From positions 27,342,001 through 27,406,000 of the forward strand of contig OZ024760.1 in the NCBI GenBank assembly GCA_964016885.1: DNA of 64,000 nt, given 5' to 3'. Source of the stretch: Eledone cirrhosa (taxonomy: Eukaryota). Positions 50,388 through 64,000 of the stretch are shown piece after piece. The position numbers and the translations under genes are program-made. Position 1 is the stretch's first letter, and each line of letters begins with the position of its first letter. The notes beneath the pieces were generated by a model. It did not search any database and had not been told where the DNA came from. It saw only the letters and a list, made by a program, of their open reading frames with translations.

Positions 50388-53150
50388 CTAAATCCCTCCC
50401 CCATGAAGAATTCACCTCCCAACATAGACTGATAATTAGCGACCTCATAGTCAGGACGAGACGTACTAGACAGCGGAAGAGGACTATCCTCAGGAGAAAA
50501 ATATGGAAGCTAAAGGACCCCATAGCCAGAAATAAATTTCAAAGCATATTACTTGACGCTTTCGACAGTAAGGAAGAGCAATTAGAGTCGTATAATATAG
50601 AGGAACAGTGGGAATTCCTGAAAGCAAACCTGCTGACGGCGGCAGACGAAGTCTGTGGCTGGAGCAGGCCTGTAGGTGGGAGGAGAGTAACATGGTGGTG
50701 GAACAGTAAGGTGGAGGAGTCAATTAAGGCTAAAAAGCAGGCTTGGAAAGTATGGCGGGATGGGGGAAGTAAAGAAGACTATCAAGTGGCCAGGAGGGAA
50801 GCTAGGAGACAAGTGTACTTCGCAAGAAGGGAAGCAGAGGAGAAAGAAAGTTCAAGCATGTTCTACAACGTGAGGACCAAAAACGTGAGTTGTTCAGGAT
50901 TGCCAGGCAATGTGTCAAGGAAAACCGTGATATTTTCGGGGAGAAGTGTGTACTTAACGATGATGGCATACTTGCCATCACCGACGCTGATAAGAAGGTA
51001 GCTTGGAAGTGTCACTACGAAAGGCTTCTAATTGAGGAGAATAAATGGGAGAAAGACAGTCTCCCCCACATCGACCCAATAGAGGGACCAGCAGTGTTAG
51101 TCCAGGGTAGTACAATAAGCAAGGCAATTAAAGATATGAAGACGGGTAAGGCGGCTGGTCCTTCGGAAATAGTTGCTGAGATGCTGAAGGCATCTGGTTC
51201 GGTGGGACACACCATGGTCACCCGGATAGTTAACCAAGTCGTACAGAATGGGGTTGTTCCGAAGGACTGGCATAGCAGCATCATCGTTAACTGCTATAAG
51301 GGAAAAGGAGATGCCCTAGATAGGAGTAACTATAGAGGCATTAAATTAATCGACCAGGTCATGAAGGTCACGGAAAAAGTAATAGCGCAACTAATCAGAG
51401 AGAGAATTGATCTAGATGAAATGCAGTTCGGGTTTGTGTCAGGCAAAAGTACCACAGACGCTCTTTTCATCGTACGACAACTACAGGAGAAGTACCTAGC
51501 TAACAGTAAACCCTTATACTTAGCTTTCGTCGACTTGGAGAAAGCCTTCGACAGAGTCCCCCGTTCCATTATCTGGTGGTCTCTTAGAAAACTAGGTGTT
51601 GACGAATGGCTTGTGAGAACTATACAAGCCATGTATAAAGAAACAGTCAGTAAGGTTAGAATTAACAACGAATATAGTGAAGAGTTTAGCGTAAAAGTTG
51701 GTGTCCATCAGGGCTCTCTTCTTAGCCCCCTACTATTTATTATTGCCCTTCAGGCTATAACAGAGGAGTTCAAGACCGGCTGCCCATGGGAACTCCTATA
51801 CGCAGATGATCTAACGCTCATAGCTGAATCAATGACCGAACTAGAGAAGTAATTCGAAACATGGAAGCACGGCCTAGAATCAAAAGGCCTTAAAATTAAC
51901 CTGGCTAAGACTAAAGTTCTAGTTTGTAGGAAAGAAAATAAGGCGGCGGTCCCTTCTGGGAAATGGCCATGCTCAGTGTGTAGGAAAGGCGTAGGTAGAA
52001 ACTCCATTTTATGTCCCAAATGCAAAGTATGGGTGCATAAAAGATGTAGTGGGATCACAGGTAAGCTAACTAAGAACATAGATTTTACATGTGGCCGGTG
52101 CTCTGGTGCAATAAGTAGCAGCAAGTGCCCACAAAATACTAGCTCCTTCAACTGCGCAGAGGGTTCTATAGAAATAGTGGACAGCTTCCGTTACCTGGGT
52201 GACAAAATCAGCAGTGGGGGAGGGTGCTCTGAAAGTACAGTAGCTAGAGTCAGAACTGGATGGGAAAAGTTCAGAGAGCTTATACCACTATTAGCCGCTA
52301 GAGGGTTCTCCCTAAAAATGAAAGGCAGGTTATACGATGCCTGCATACGAACAGCAATGCTGCATGGCAGTGAGACCTGGGCATTGTGTGCAGAGGATAT
52401 ACGCAGACTAGAGAGGAACGAAGCTTGCATGCTCCGCTGGATGTGCAATAGTAATATACGGGAACGGCAAAGCATAAACGAACTAAGGAAAAAATTTAAA
52501 ATAAGAGGGATCAGATGTTGTTTACTCGAGAGAAGGCTACGTTGGTACGGTCACGTGTTGCGCATGAAAGACGACAGCTGTATAACAAAGTGCAGGGCAA
52601 TAAAGATAGATGGTAGCTACGGAGTAGGCAGACCCAGAAAAACCTGGGACGACATGATAAATTCCGACCTCACACGCTTACACCTCTCCAAGACAATGTC
52701 ACTGGACCGAGACCTTTGGCGGTACTCAGTAATAGAGAAGACCCGCCTTACCTAAATACAAAGTAAAAACCTACTAAAGTCAATAGGCATCTCTATCAAA
52801 ACACACCCCATCCCACCACCTCCACCCCATTCACACCGCCCCTTTCAATGTAAAGTTATGTTGGTCCCACAACATCCAGGCCGAAACAAATGAGATCGTG
52901 TAGGTGTCACGACAAAAAAAACACACAGTCCATGCTTGAAATGTGGCCGTGTAGGCAACACGGTAAAAACCTCCCAGCCCCACACTGTAAATGTGGTTGG
53001 TGTTAGGAAGGGCATCCAGCTGTAGAAAACCCGCCAGACAGTCCTATGCGAGCAAGACAACCACTCTTGCCTCAAGTGGGAAAACCCCCCGTCCAAACCC
53101 ATGCAAGCGTGGGACACGGACGCTAAACCCGATGATGATGATGATGATGA
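50388..53150 (+). mobile_element. RTE LINE, 5'-truncated at the end of the APE domain, with frameshifts and a premature stop at 51850
   Basis: [17 protein letters not shown] motifs (ORF 50890-51852), ORF 51976-52755, 3'UTR and (GAT)n. Same family as 29412-30873. Confidence 0.96.
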
Positions 53151-53477
53151 TATACATATACATATATATGTATACATATATACATATATATATATACATA
53201 TATACATACATATATACATATATACATATATACATATATACATATATATACATATATATATATATATATACATATATATATACATATATATATACATATA
53301 TACATACATATATACATATATACATATATACATATATACATATATATATATATATACATATATATATACATATATATATATAAATATATATATACATATA
53401 TATATACATATATATATACATATATACATATATATATATATATACATATATACATATATATACATATATACATATAT

Positions 53478-53510
<33 letters not shown>

Positions 53511-53658
53511 TATATATATACATATATACATATACATATATACATATATATATACATATATATACATACATATATATACATATACATATACACATGTACA
53601 TATGTACATATACAAATACACATGTACATATACATATACACATATACATACATATAAA
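53150..53658. repeat. (TA/TACA)n microsatellite
   Basis: Directly visible. Confidence 0.95.
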
Positions 53659-53991
53659 TATGGCTTAGTGGTTAGAGCATTGGGCTTGCAATCGAAAGGT
53701 TGTGAGTTCAATTCTCAGACCGGGTGATGTGTTGTTTCCTTGAGCAAGACACTTTATTTCACATTGCTCCAGTTTACTCAGCTGTAGAAATGAGATGATA
53801 GGGACTGGGGTCCCTATCATTCCACTGCAAAGTGGTCGTGGAGGTGCCACGGCAAAAAAGCACCCAGCACTCACTGTAAATGAGGTTGGTGTTAGGAAGG
53901 GCATCCAGCTGTAGAAATCAAGCCAGAATCAGTTCCCGTCCCACCCTTGCAAGCAGGGAAAAAGCAGACGTAAAATGAAATGATGATGATG
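53659..53991 (+). mobile_element. SINE family 2
   Basis: tggcttagtggttag (A box), gagttcaattc (B box) and the family tail. Confidence 0.9.
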
Positions 53992-54084
53992 AATGATGAT
54001 ATATACATATATATATATACACATATATATACACACATATATATATACATACCCATATACACATACATATATACATATATATAT

Positions 54085-54318
54085 GGTGGCTGCCAACTCA
54101 TTTTCGAGTACGGCCACTACTTTATATCCATGTAGGAGAACCCCTACCGATGCGCTGAACGAGTGTGACTTTTTAGTCCAGCCAGCGACTTGAAAACTCT
54201 GGTACAAACACTACACCTGTGACAATTATTGTCACATAGTGCTAGGCCAATGGTACCATGTGACGACAAGTGCAGAGAGATCTCCAGATATAAAGCAATG
54301 CCTCTGCCGTGAAGCTTT
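54085..54318 (-). mobile_element. 3' end of an RTE-clade element with a C-terminal C2H2 zinc finger
   Basis: Minus strand reads [25 protein letters not shown] (stop at 54144), followed by a short UTR and (TA)n. Confidence 0.65.
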
Positions 54319-54319
54319 T

Positions 54320-54926
54320 ATATATATACACATATATAAAGCTTATATATATATACACTTATATGTACACACACATATATATATACATACCCATATACAC
54401 ATACATATATATATATATATATACACATATATATACACACACATATATATATATACATACCCATATACACATACATATATACATATATGTACACACATAT
54501 ATATATACATACCCATATACACATACATATATACATATATATATACACATATATATACACACACATATATATATATACATACCCATATACACATACATAT
54601 ATACATATATATATATACACATATATATACACACATATATATATACATACCCATATACACATACATATATACATATATATATACACATATATACACACAC
54701 ATATATATATACATACCCATATACACATACATATATACATATATATATACACATATATATACACACACATATATATATACATACCCATATACACATACAT
54801 ATATACATATATATATACACATATATGTACACACACATATATATATACATACCCATATACACATACATATATACATATATATATACACATCTATGTACAC
54901 ACACATATATATATACATACCCATAT

Positions 54927-54963
<37 letters not shown>

Positions 54964-55135
54964 TACACACATATATATATATATACATACCCATATACAC
55001 ATACATATATACATATATATATACACATATATGTACACACACATATATATATACATACCCATATACACATACATATATACATATATATATATACACATCT
55101 ATGTACACACACATATATATATACATACCCATATA

Positions 55136-55169
<34 letters not shown>

Positions 55170-58100
55170 TATACACACATATATATATATATATACATAC
55201 CCATATACACGTACATATATACATATATATATACACATATATGTACACACACATATATATATACATACCCATATACACATACATATATACATATATATAT
55301 ATACACATATATATACACACATATATATATATATTACATACCCATATACACATACATATATACATATATATATACACATATATGTACACACACATATATA
55401 TATACATACCCATATACACATACATATACGCATATATATATACACACACATATATAATATATATATATATACACACACATATATATATATACATACCCAT
55501 ATACACATACATATATACATATATATATATACACATATATGTACACACACATATATATATACATACCCATATACACATACATATATACATATATATATAC
55601 ACATATATATACACACACACATATATATATACATACCCATATACACATACATATATACATATATATATACACATATATGTACACACACATATATATATAT
55701 ACATACCCATATACATATACATATATACATATACACATATATATACACACATATATATACATACCCATATACACATACATATATACATATATATATACAT
55801 ATATATATACACATATATATACACACACATTATATATATACATACCCATATACACATACATATATACATATATATATACACATATATATACACACACATA
55901 TATATATAGTACATACCCATATACACATACATATATACATATATATATACACATATTATTACATACACATATAGATATACATACCCATATACACATACAT
56001 ATATACATATATATATACACATATATATATACACACACATATATATATACATACCCATATACACATACATATATACATACACACATATATATATACATAT
56101 CCATATACACATACATATATACATATATATATACACATATATATAGACACACATATATATATATATACCCATATATATACACACACGTATATATATATAT
56201 ACCCTTAATACATATATACACATATATATACACACATATATATATACATACCCATATACACATACATATATACATATATATATATACACATATATATACA
56301 CACATATATATATATACATACCCATATACACATACATATATACATATATATATACACATATATGTACACACACATATATATATACATATCCATATACACA
56401 TACATATATACATATACACATATATATACATATATGTACACACACATATATATATACATACCCATATACACATACATATATACATATATACACATATATA
56501 TACACATACATATATATATATACATAACCATATACACATACATATATACATATATATATATACACATATATATACACACACATATATATATACATACCCA
56601 TATACACATACATATATACATATATATATACACATATATGTACACACACATATATATATATACATACCCATATACACATACATATATACATATATATATA
56701 TATACACATATATATATACACACACATATATATATACATACCCATATACACATACATATATACATATATATATACACATATATATACACACACATATACA
56801 TACCCATATACACATACATATATACATATATATATACACATATATATACACACACATATATATATATACATACCCATATACACATACATATATACGTATA
56901 TATATACACATATATATACACACACATATATATATACATACCCATATACACATACATATATACATATATATATACACATATATACACACACATATATATA
57001 TACATACCCATATACACATACATATATACATATATATATACACATATATGTACACACACACATATATATATACATACCCATATACACATACATATATACA
57101 TATATATATACACATATATGTACACACACATATATATATATACATACCCATATACACATACATATATACATATATATACACACATATATATATACATACC
57201 CATATACACATACATATATACATATATATATACACATATATATACACATACATATATATATATACATACCCATATACACATACATATATACATATATATA
57301 TATACACATATATATACACACACATATATATATACATACCCATATACACATACATATATACATATATATATACACATATATATACACACATATATATATA
57401 TACATACCCATATACACATACATATATACGTATACATATACACATATATATACACACACATATATATATATATGCATACCCATATACACATACATATATA
57501 CGTATACATATACACATATATATACACACACATATATATATATACATACCCATATACACATACATATATACATATATATATACACATATATACACACACA
57601 TATATATATACATACCCATATACACATACATATATACATATACATATACACATATATACACACACATATATATATATATACATACCCATATACACATACA
57701 TATATACATATATATATACACATATATGTACACACACACACATATATATATACATACCCATATACACATACATATATACATATATATATACACATATATG
57801 TACACACACATATATATATATTCATACCCATATACACATACATATATACATATATATACACACATATATATATACATACCCATATACACATACATATATA
57901 CATATACACATATATACACACACATATATATATACATACCCATATACACATACATATATACATATATATATACACATATATATACACACACATATATATA
58001 TATACATACCCATATACACATACATATATACGTATATATATACACATATATATACACACACATATATATATATACATACCCATATACACATACATATATA

Positions 58101-59996
58101 CATATATATATACACATATATACACACACATATATATATACATACCCATATACACATACATATATACATATATATATACACATATATGTACACACACACA
58201 TATATATATACATACCCATATACACATACATATATACATATATATATACACATATATGTACACACACATATATATATATACATACCCATATACACATACA
58301 TATATACATATATATACACACATATATATATACATACCCATATACACATACATATATACATATATATATACACATATATATACACATACATATATATATA
58401 TACATACCCATATACACATACATATATACATATATATATATACACATATATATACACACACATATATATATACATGCCCATATACACATACATATATACA
58501 TATATATATACACATATATATACACACACATATATATATATACATACCCATATACACATACATATATACGTATACATATACACATATATATACACACACA
58601 TATATATATATATGCATACCCATATACACATACATATATACGTATACATATACACATATATATACACACACATATATATATATACATACCCATATACACA
58701 TACATATATACATATATATATACACATATATACACACACATTTATATATACATACCCATATACACATACATATATACATATACACATATATACACACACA
58801 TATATATATATATACATACCCATATACACATACATATATACATATATATATACACATATATGTACACACACACACATATATATATACATACCCATATACA
58901 CATACATATATACATATATATATACACATATATGTACACACACATATATATATATTCATACCCATATACACATACATATATACATATATATACACACATA
59001 TATATATACATACCCATATACACATACATATATACATATACACATATATACACACACATATATATATACATACCCATATACACATACATATATACATATA
59101 TATATACACATATATATACACACATATATATATACATACCCATATACACATAGATATATACATACACACATATATATATACATATCCATATACACATACA
59201 TATATACATATATATATACACATATATATACACACACATATATATATACCCATATATATACACACACGTATATACACATATATATACACACATATATATA
59301 TACATACCCATATACACATACATATATACATATATATATATACACATATATATACACACACATATATATATACATACCCATATACACATACATATATACA
59401 TATATATATACACATATATATACACACACATATATATATACATACCCATATAAACATACATAAATACATATACATATACACATATATACACACACATATA
59501 TATATACATACCCATATACACATACATATATACATATATATATACACATATATATATACACACATATATATATACATACCCATATACACATACATATATA
59601 CATACACACATATATATATACACATACATACATATATATATACACATATATATACACACACATATATATATATATACCCATATATATACACACACGTATA
59701 TATATATATACCCTTAATACATATATACACATATATATACACACATATATATATACATACCCATATACACATACATATATACATATATATATATACACAT
59801 ATATATACACACACATATATATATACATACCCATATACACATACATATATACATATACACATATATATACATATATGTACACACACATATATATATACAT
59901 ACCCATATACACATACATATATACATATATATATACACATATATATACACACACATATATATATACATACCCATATACACATACATATATACACCC
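54320..59996. repeat. ~5.7-kb compound satellite: ~55-65-bp units anchored on catacccatatacacatac in a TA/CA background
   Basis: Periodic 'ccc' anchor; source of all the YIHT/MCV ORFs including the 1631-aa one. Confidence 0.95.
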
Positions 59997-60175
59997 ATGT
60001 GTTAAGTTATGCACCAAATGATCTTACCAAGCTATAATGGTTTTAAATGGTTGTAAGTTGTAAGAAGTTTATTATGCTATAGCTTATAGAGGTTTCAGCT
60101 ATTGTATATAACTTTGATTGGACAGGTTCCCAATACTACCACTACACACACACTCACATACACATACTTGGATAT

Positions 60176-60280
<105 letters not shown>

Positions 60281-60485
60281 AAAAAAAGGAAAAGAATGAC
60301 TTCACTTGTAGTGTTAAACAATTTGATTTAATTTTATATTATAATATTATGAGTTGGTAGATCTAGTAAGTTCTTTGTTAACTTCGGTCCCACCAAAGTT
60401 AAGAACTTACTAGATCTTCTTTTCCTTTTTTTCAAATATACCTAACAGTACCAAGGATCTCTCACATTTTACAAAATATATATAT

Positions 60486-60795
60486 GGAGGCACATGGCTT
60501 AGTGGTTAGAGCATTGGCCTTGCAGTCGAAAGGTTGTTTCCTTGAGCAAGACTCTTTATTTCACATTGCTCCAGTTTACTCAGCTGTAGAAATGAGATGA
60601 TAGGAACTGGGGTCCCTATCATTCCACTGAAAAGTGGTGGTGGGGGCGCCACGGCAAAAAAGCACCCAGCACTCACTGTAAATGAGGTTGGTATTAGGAA
60701 GGGCATCCAGCTGTAGAAATCAAGCCAGAATCAGTTCCCTTCCTACCCTTGCAAGCAGGGAAAAGCGGACGTAAAATGATGATGATGATGATGAT
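60486..60795 (+). mobile_element. SINE family 2 (internal deletion)
   Basis: ggaggcacatggcttagtgg... to (GAT)n. Confidence 0.88.
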
Positions 60796-60813
60796 ATATA
60801 TATATATATATAT

Positions 60814-61233
60814 GGAGGCACATGGCTTAGTGGTTAGAGCATTGGCCTTGCAATCGAAAGGGTGTGAGTTCAATTCTCAGACCTGGTGATGTGTTGTTTC
60901 CTTGAGCAAGACACTTTATTTCACATTGCTCCAGTTTACTCAGCTGTAGAAATGAGTTCCACCGCAAGGTGGTCGTGGAGGTGTCACAGCAAAAAAAGCA
61001 CCCAGCCCACACTGCAGAGTGGACGTGTAGGCACCACGGGAAAAAAACACCCAGCACTCACTGTAAATGAGGTTGGTGTTAAGAAGGGCATCCAGCTGTA
61101 GAAATCAAGCCAGAATCAGTTCCCGTATGAGCAAGACAAGGTCAGCTGACCGAACACTGCCCACAACAGGACAACTCGTCTAACCCATGCTAGCGTGTAG
61201 AACTGACGTAAAACGGTGATGATGATGATGATG
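60814..61233 (+). mobile_element. SINE family 2, long-tail form
   Basis: tRNA head, CORE-like segment and the RTE 3'UTR tail. Confidence 0.9.
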
Positions 61234-61374
61234 ATATATATATATATATGTATATATATATACATATATATGTATACATATATATATATATATATATATA
61301 AAAGTTAAAACAATAACGAAGGGTGCATTACAGAGAGTTACTATTAGGTTCACGCTTGAGAGTGGGGGTTGGGG

Positions 61375-61407
61375 ATGACGTTTTGGGCATAAACCCTTCA
61401 TCAGGAG
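61375..61407 (-). ncRNA. Minimal hammerhead remnant in a (TA)n-flanked insert (61300-61457)
   Basis: tc CTGATGA a GGG tttatg CCC AAAA C GTC; G12 changed to A. Confidence 0.55.
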
Positions 61408-61453
61408 AAAAGTGGGAAGGAAAAGAGTTCCAGGGGTGTGAGGGGGAGTGATA

Positions 61454-61489
<36 letters not shown>

Positions 61490-61721
61490 TACCACTCCAT
61501 ATATGTAAGTATATATATATATACATATATACTTCCATACACACACATATATATAAACAAACAAACATATATACACACACACACACACATATATATATAT
61601 ACAGACACACTTATACATACATATATATATATATATAGACACACACATATATATATATATATATACAGACACACTATACATATATATATACAGACACACA
61701 CACACACATATATATATACAG

Positions 61722-61778
<57 letters not shown>

Positions 61779-61932
61779 AACATACACACATATATAATCT
61801 GTCCCAGATGAGCTAAACATGGTCCTCTGACCCGATTCCCTCCCTAAGGGTCAACCCATCCTACCCAAGCTAGCATGGAAGATGGACATTAAACGATGAT
61901 GATGATGATGATATATATATATATATATATAT

Positions 61933-62483
61933 GTAGATAAATCTACCAAGAGTTTACGGTAGTGTCCAATCCGTATGAAGAACTCAATGTATTCCGGATA
62001 TCATGGAAAGAAGAGATGCAATGAAAAATCACTTTCGGTGAAAGATAAACGGAATACAGAGTCAAGATAAAATATTAAACAAATAATGAATAAACAATGA
62101 AAACAGTTCCTTATATTAAACAAAAAAAGTTCATTATTTAACGATCGTTTCTAGGATATATATGTGTTAGAATTGGCATGCATATTCAACAGATCTATGT
62201 ACAAAATTATACAAAATTATACAAACTATCAAGATTAAATATACATACCAACACATATATACGCCGTCTTCAGAAATAAATTATTTCTGAAGACGGCGTA
62301 TATATGTGTTGGTATGTATATTTAATCTTGATAGTTTGTATAATTTTGTACATAGATCTGTTGAATATGCATGCCAATTCTAACACATATATATCCTAGA
62401 AACGATCGTTAAATAATGAACTTTTTTTGTTTAATATAAGGAACTGTTTTCATTGTTTATTCATTATTTGTTTAATATTTTAT
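61933..62483 (-). mobile_element. Second family-F copy: tail plus palindrome (62067-62279 / 62281-62483)
   Basis: Nearly identical to 46925-47821 in reverse; the fold-back point lies just 5' of CTGAAGA. Confidence 0.8.
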
Positions 62484-62526
62484 ATATATATATATACACA
62501 CACTCACATACACAGAAACACGTATG

Positions 62527-63832
62527 CAGGGTGGGCCATAAGTTCGGAACCGAATTTTTGGAATTTGATTTCTAAAAGTGTTGTAATTATATAATTAATC
62601 TTTTATTTTCATGTTAAATCATTAGTCTATGTAAACATAATGGACTTTGTTTGAATTTCTTAAAGAATTTGAATGTCATCCAATAGAGAAATGATACTCA
62701 AACTTCATCAGACAGGGAGGTCAGATTCGGTCGTTGTAAAGTTACTTTTTGTTGCAAGATCTACTGTTTGGAAAGCTGTGAAGCATTTTAAAGTGTAAAG
62801 AGATTTGTTGGATAGACCCAGAAGTAGAAGACTATGAACGAAATAGACTCCCACTCTCATTAAAGTCGTTTGAGAAAGGATAAGAAAAAATCCAATAAGG
62901 TCCATGAGAAAAATGCCAAATGAGGTCCGAATAAACCCTAGGACAATGTGAAGAATCATCAATGATGACTTGAGAATGTCTTCCTTCACCCTTCAGAAGA
63001 GACAAACCCTTTCTGAAAAGACAAAGCAAAAAAAGGCTATAGAGAGAGAAGCAAGAATTTGCTTAAAGAAATGAAACATGGCATGGTGGAGTAAGTTGTC
63101 TGGTCAGATGAAAATATTTTCTCTGTTGAGCAGACACACAACCGAAGAAATGATCGAGTCATTGGAAAGAAAATATCAGCAATCAGTGTTAACCAAACAT
63201 CTGTATTCCATACAAAGAAACCAGTTTCTGTTATGGTCTAAGGATGGGGACGAGGGGGCTGTTTCATCATCTTGGAAGTCTCCTCTCATTTTTGTGGAAG
63301 AAAAGACAAAAATCAGCTCCTAATCTTACATAAACAGTATTCTGGAGCCTATTCTTGCTTCTGCAACTAATCATTTTGGCAATGATTATCTGTGGACCTT
63401 CCAACAGGATGGAGTCACCGCCCATACAACAAATGACACACAAGCTTGGTGCAGAAACCATCTTCTGAGGTTCTGGTCAAAAGAAATGTGGCCTATTTGT
63501 TCGCCTGATTTGAACCATATGGACTTTCCAGTATGGTGTAACTTTGAAGAAAAAGTTTGTTCAAAAGTCCATAAGACAGTCGATGATTTAAAAGCATCTT
63601 TACTGAGCGCTTGGAAAGAAATTCCCCAAGAAAGGTTACCTGATTTGGTGAAAGATGTTTGATGGCGGTTAGAGGCTATCATTGCTGCAAGAGGGGGTCA
63701 TTTTAAATAACCTCTATACATTATATTCTAAACATATTTATGTATAATTACATATATGTTGCTGGTCAATAAAGTTAGTAGCTTTGTTATTAAAAGTATT
63801 TTTATTTGCTTCCAAACTTATGCTCCACCCTG
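62527..63832 (+). mobile_element. Full-length degenerate DD37D (maT-type) Tc1/mariner transposon
   Basis: TIRs CAGGGTGGGCCATAAGTTCGGAA / TTCCAAACTTATGCTCCACCCTG|ta. WSDE motif; QQDG...SPDLNHMD with 37 residues between the 2nd and 3rd Asp. Confidence 0.9.
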
Positions 63833-63848
63833 TATATGTACAAAACTC

Positions 63849-63882
<34 letters not shown>

Positions 63883-63886
<4 letters not shown>

Positions 63887-64000
63887 GAGGGGTTTACCTT
63901 GTTAAAAGTAAACCCCTCTACTTAGCTTTTGTTGACTTGGAGAAAGCCTTTGACAGATTCCCCCACTCCATTATCTGGTGGGCTCTTAGAAAACTAGGAG
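63883..64000 (+). mobile_element. Start of a 5'-truncated RTE with a short 5' fold-back
   Basis: KPLYLAFVDLEKAFDRFPHSIIWWALRKLG; preceded by the inverted copy agtagaggggtttac. Confidence 0.88.

Noticed and set aside
54144-54230. Host C2H2 zinc-finger gene exon
   Set aside because: A single finger followed by a stop and short tail between microsatellites fits an RTE C-terminus better than a tandem ZNF gene.
48479-60037. Very long ORFs (up to 1631 aa) rich in Y/I/H/T/M/C/V
   Set aside because: They are translations of TA/CA microsatellites, which lack stop codons in most frames on both strands.
60814-60885. tRNA genes
   Set aside because: The A/B-box heads continue into SINE bodies and tails, with no complete cloverleaf.

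Overview
Eukaryotic, AT-rich, repeat-saturated genomic DNA. The SINE/RTE repertoire, (TA)n density and gene structure look cephalopod (octopus-like; inference). The only host gene I can support is a ChaC-family glutathione-specific gamma-glutamylcyclotransferase (CHAC2-like) on the minus strand: a 42-nt exon at 18998-19039 and the last exon at 16671-17039. I could not find exon 1, so most of the window right of 19 kb is probably one very long intron. The rest is transposon debris and tandem repeats: RTE LINEs, two tRNA-derived SINE families, mariner and DD37D (maT) transposons, piggyBac-like and Helentron-like non-autonomous elements, Naiad-type Penelope-like (PLE) GIY-YIG fragments and a CRE-like RLE fragment. 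The long Y/I/H/T/M/V/C ORFs are microsatellite artefacts. The most notable hidden structure is a dense set (more than 15 loci, several unrelated families) of short elements that mostly sit in (TA)n tracts, carry type-I hammerhead ribozyme folds and often form fold-back palindromes with family-specific fixed boundaries, as expected for PLE pseudo-LTRs. Some have unusual features: a conserved U4->A core and a ~110-nt stem II. Many local satellites are amplified internal pieces of transposons. Repeat boundaries are estimated by eye.
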